In this document: piece after piece, positions 63,643 through 64,000 of the stretch
How positions within the stretch are numbered: the first letter of the stretch is position 1
Layout: every line of letters starts with the position of its first letter
Source of the DNA: Anaerolineales bacterium
GTDB taxonomy: Bacteria > Chloroflexota > Anaerolineae > Anaerolineales > UBA11858
Length of the DNA: 64,000 bases
Direction: 5' to 3'
Assembly (NCBI GenBank): GCA_016785015.1
Contig: JADHTJ010000003.1
Span: 24,979-88,978, forward strand
The notes under the pieces: model-generated
Databases searched by the model: none
Seen by the model: the letters and a program-made list of their open reading frames with translations, nothing else
Told to the model about the DNA's origin: nothing
Program-made: the position numbers and the translations under genes

Positions 63643-64000
63643 ATGGCAAATTTCATTACCCTGCTTCGTTTCCCTCTGCTATTCGTTTATGTAGCATTGC
63701 TTTATACAAACAACGCCATTCTCCAATTTTGGTGTGTGCCGTTTATAGTTTTCATCATTCTGATGGATATGTTTGACGGCTTGATCGCCCGGGCACGCGG
63801 CGAGGTGAGCTTATTGGGCAGCGTGCTGGATATCGCCACAGATCGCACATTCGAGATCATTCTGTGGGTGGTCTTTGCCCATCTTGGATTGATCCCAATT
63901 GTCATCCCCCTCATTGTGATCACCCGAGGCACCACCGTTGATGCTGTGAGGGCCGTTGGCATGAAAGATGGTCTTGCAGCCTTCGAACAAGTCAGACATC
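63643..64000 (+). CDS. CDP-alcohol phosphatidyltransferase family protein (3' end cut by window edge)
   Basis: My own translation from the ATG at 63643: MANFITLLRF...DMFDGLIARARGEVSLLGSVLDIATDR matches D(x)2DG(x)2AR...G(x)3D(x)3D. The frame stays open to nt 64000, and this ORF is not in the supplied track. Confidence 0.75.
   Translation, partial: MANFITLLRFPLLFVYVALLYTNNAILQFWCVPFIVFIILMDMFDGLIARARGEVSLLGSVLDIATDRTFEIILWVVFAHLGLIPIVIPLIVITRGTTVDAVRAVGMKDGLAAFEQVRH

Noticed and set aside
1-64000. A search by eye for tRNA/rRNA genes, CRISPR arrays, transposases, integrases, reverse transcriptases and toxin-antitoxin pairs.
   Set aside because: I found no T-loop-like GGTTCGAATCC motifs in the intergenic DNA, no regularly spaced direct repeats with unique spacers, and no ORF with DDE, tyrosine-recombinase or RT motifs. 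A covariance-model scan (tRNAscan-SE/Infernal) would be needed to exclude small RNAs formally.

Overview
The window is a 64-kb chromosomal segment that is densely coding, with about 60 protein genes and short intergenic regions. I found no rRNA, tRNA or CRISPR array by eye.

Gene content and likely origin:
- Giant multi-GAF sensors, PT-linker lipoproteins, PspC/LiaF-like membrane proteins and the intergenic repeat families suggest a Chloroflexota (Anaerolineae-like) genome. This is a low-confidence inference, and no search was possible.
- Housekeeping and metabolic genes are argF, ald, a CoA-transferase, pyk, an alaX-like gene, arsC and a complete pstSCAB-phoU locus with a second, divergent pstB.
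- Signalling genes are unusually abundant. They include a hybrid multi-GAF histidine kinase (5' truncated), a threonine-synthase-like enzyme fused to a receiver, an OmpR-type regulator, a PAS-multiGAF-GGDEF protein, a REC-sensor-HAMP-class III cyclase-ComEA(HhH) protein, a pseudo-receiver-DUF309 protein and an ECF sigma/anti-sigma pair.
- There is also a five-gene PspC/LiaF-like envelope cluster, an orphan CpaF ATPase in an odd operon, and secreted proteases and lipoproteins.

Best candidate for an undescribed system (right edge, 60109..64000):
- A DUF2207-like membrane protein has a cytoplasmic C-terminus ending in an alternating Cys-Ala tail (SSCACACACAGCACACAGGGR).
- 37 nt downstream starts a radical SAM/SPASM enzyme with a PqqD-like (RRE-like) N-terminal extension.
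- A small zinc-ribbon membrane protein and a CDP-alcohol phosphatidyltransferase (cut by the window end) flank this pair.

Non-coding structure:
- Three families of intergenic palindromic repeats are present, with 2, 3 and 2 copies.
- A phased array of mini-hairpins lies upstream of alaX.
- A nested four-helix RNA-like element lies between pstB and phoU.

All function calls rest on motif recognition by eye, with no HMM or BLAST search. Start codons were refined only where I could check the sequence.
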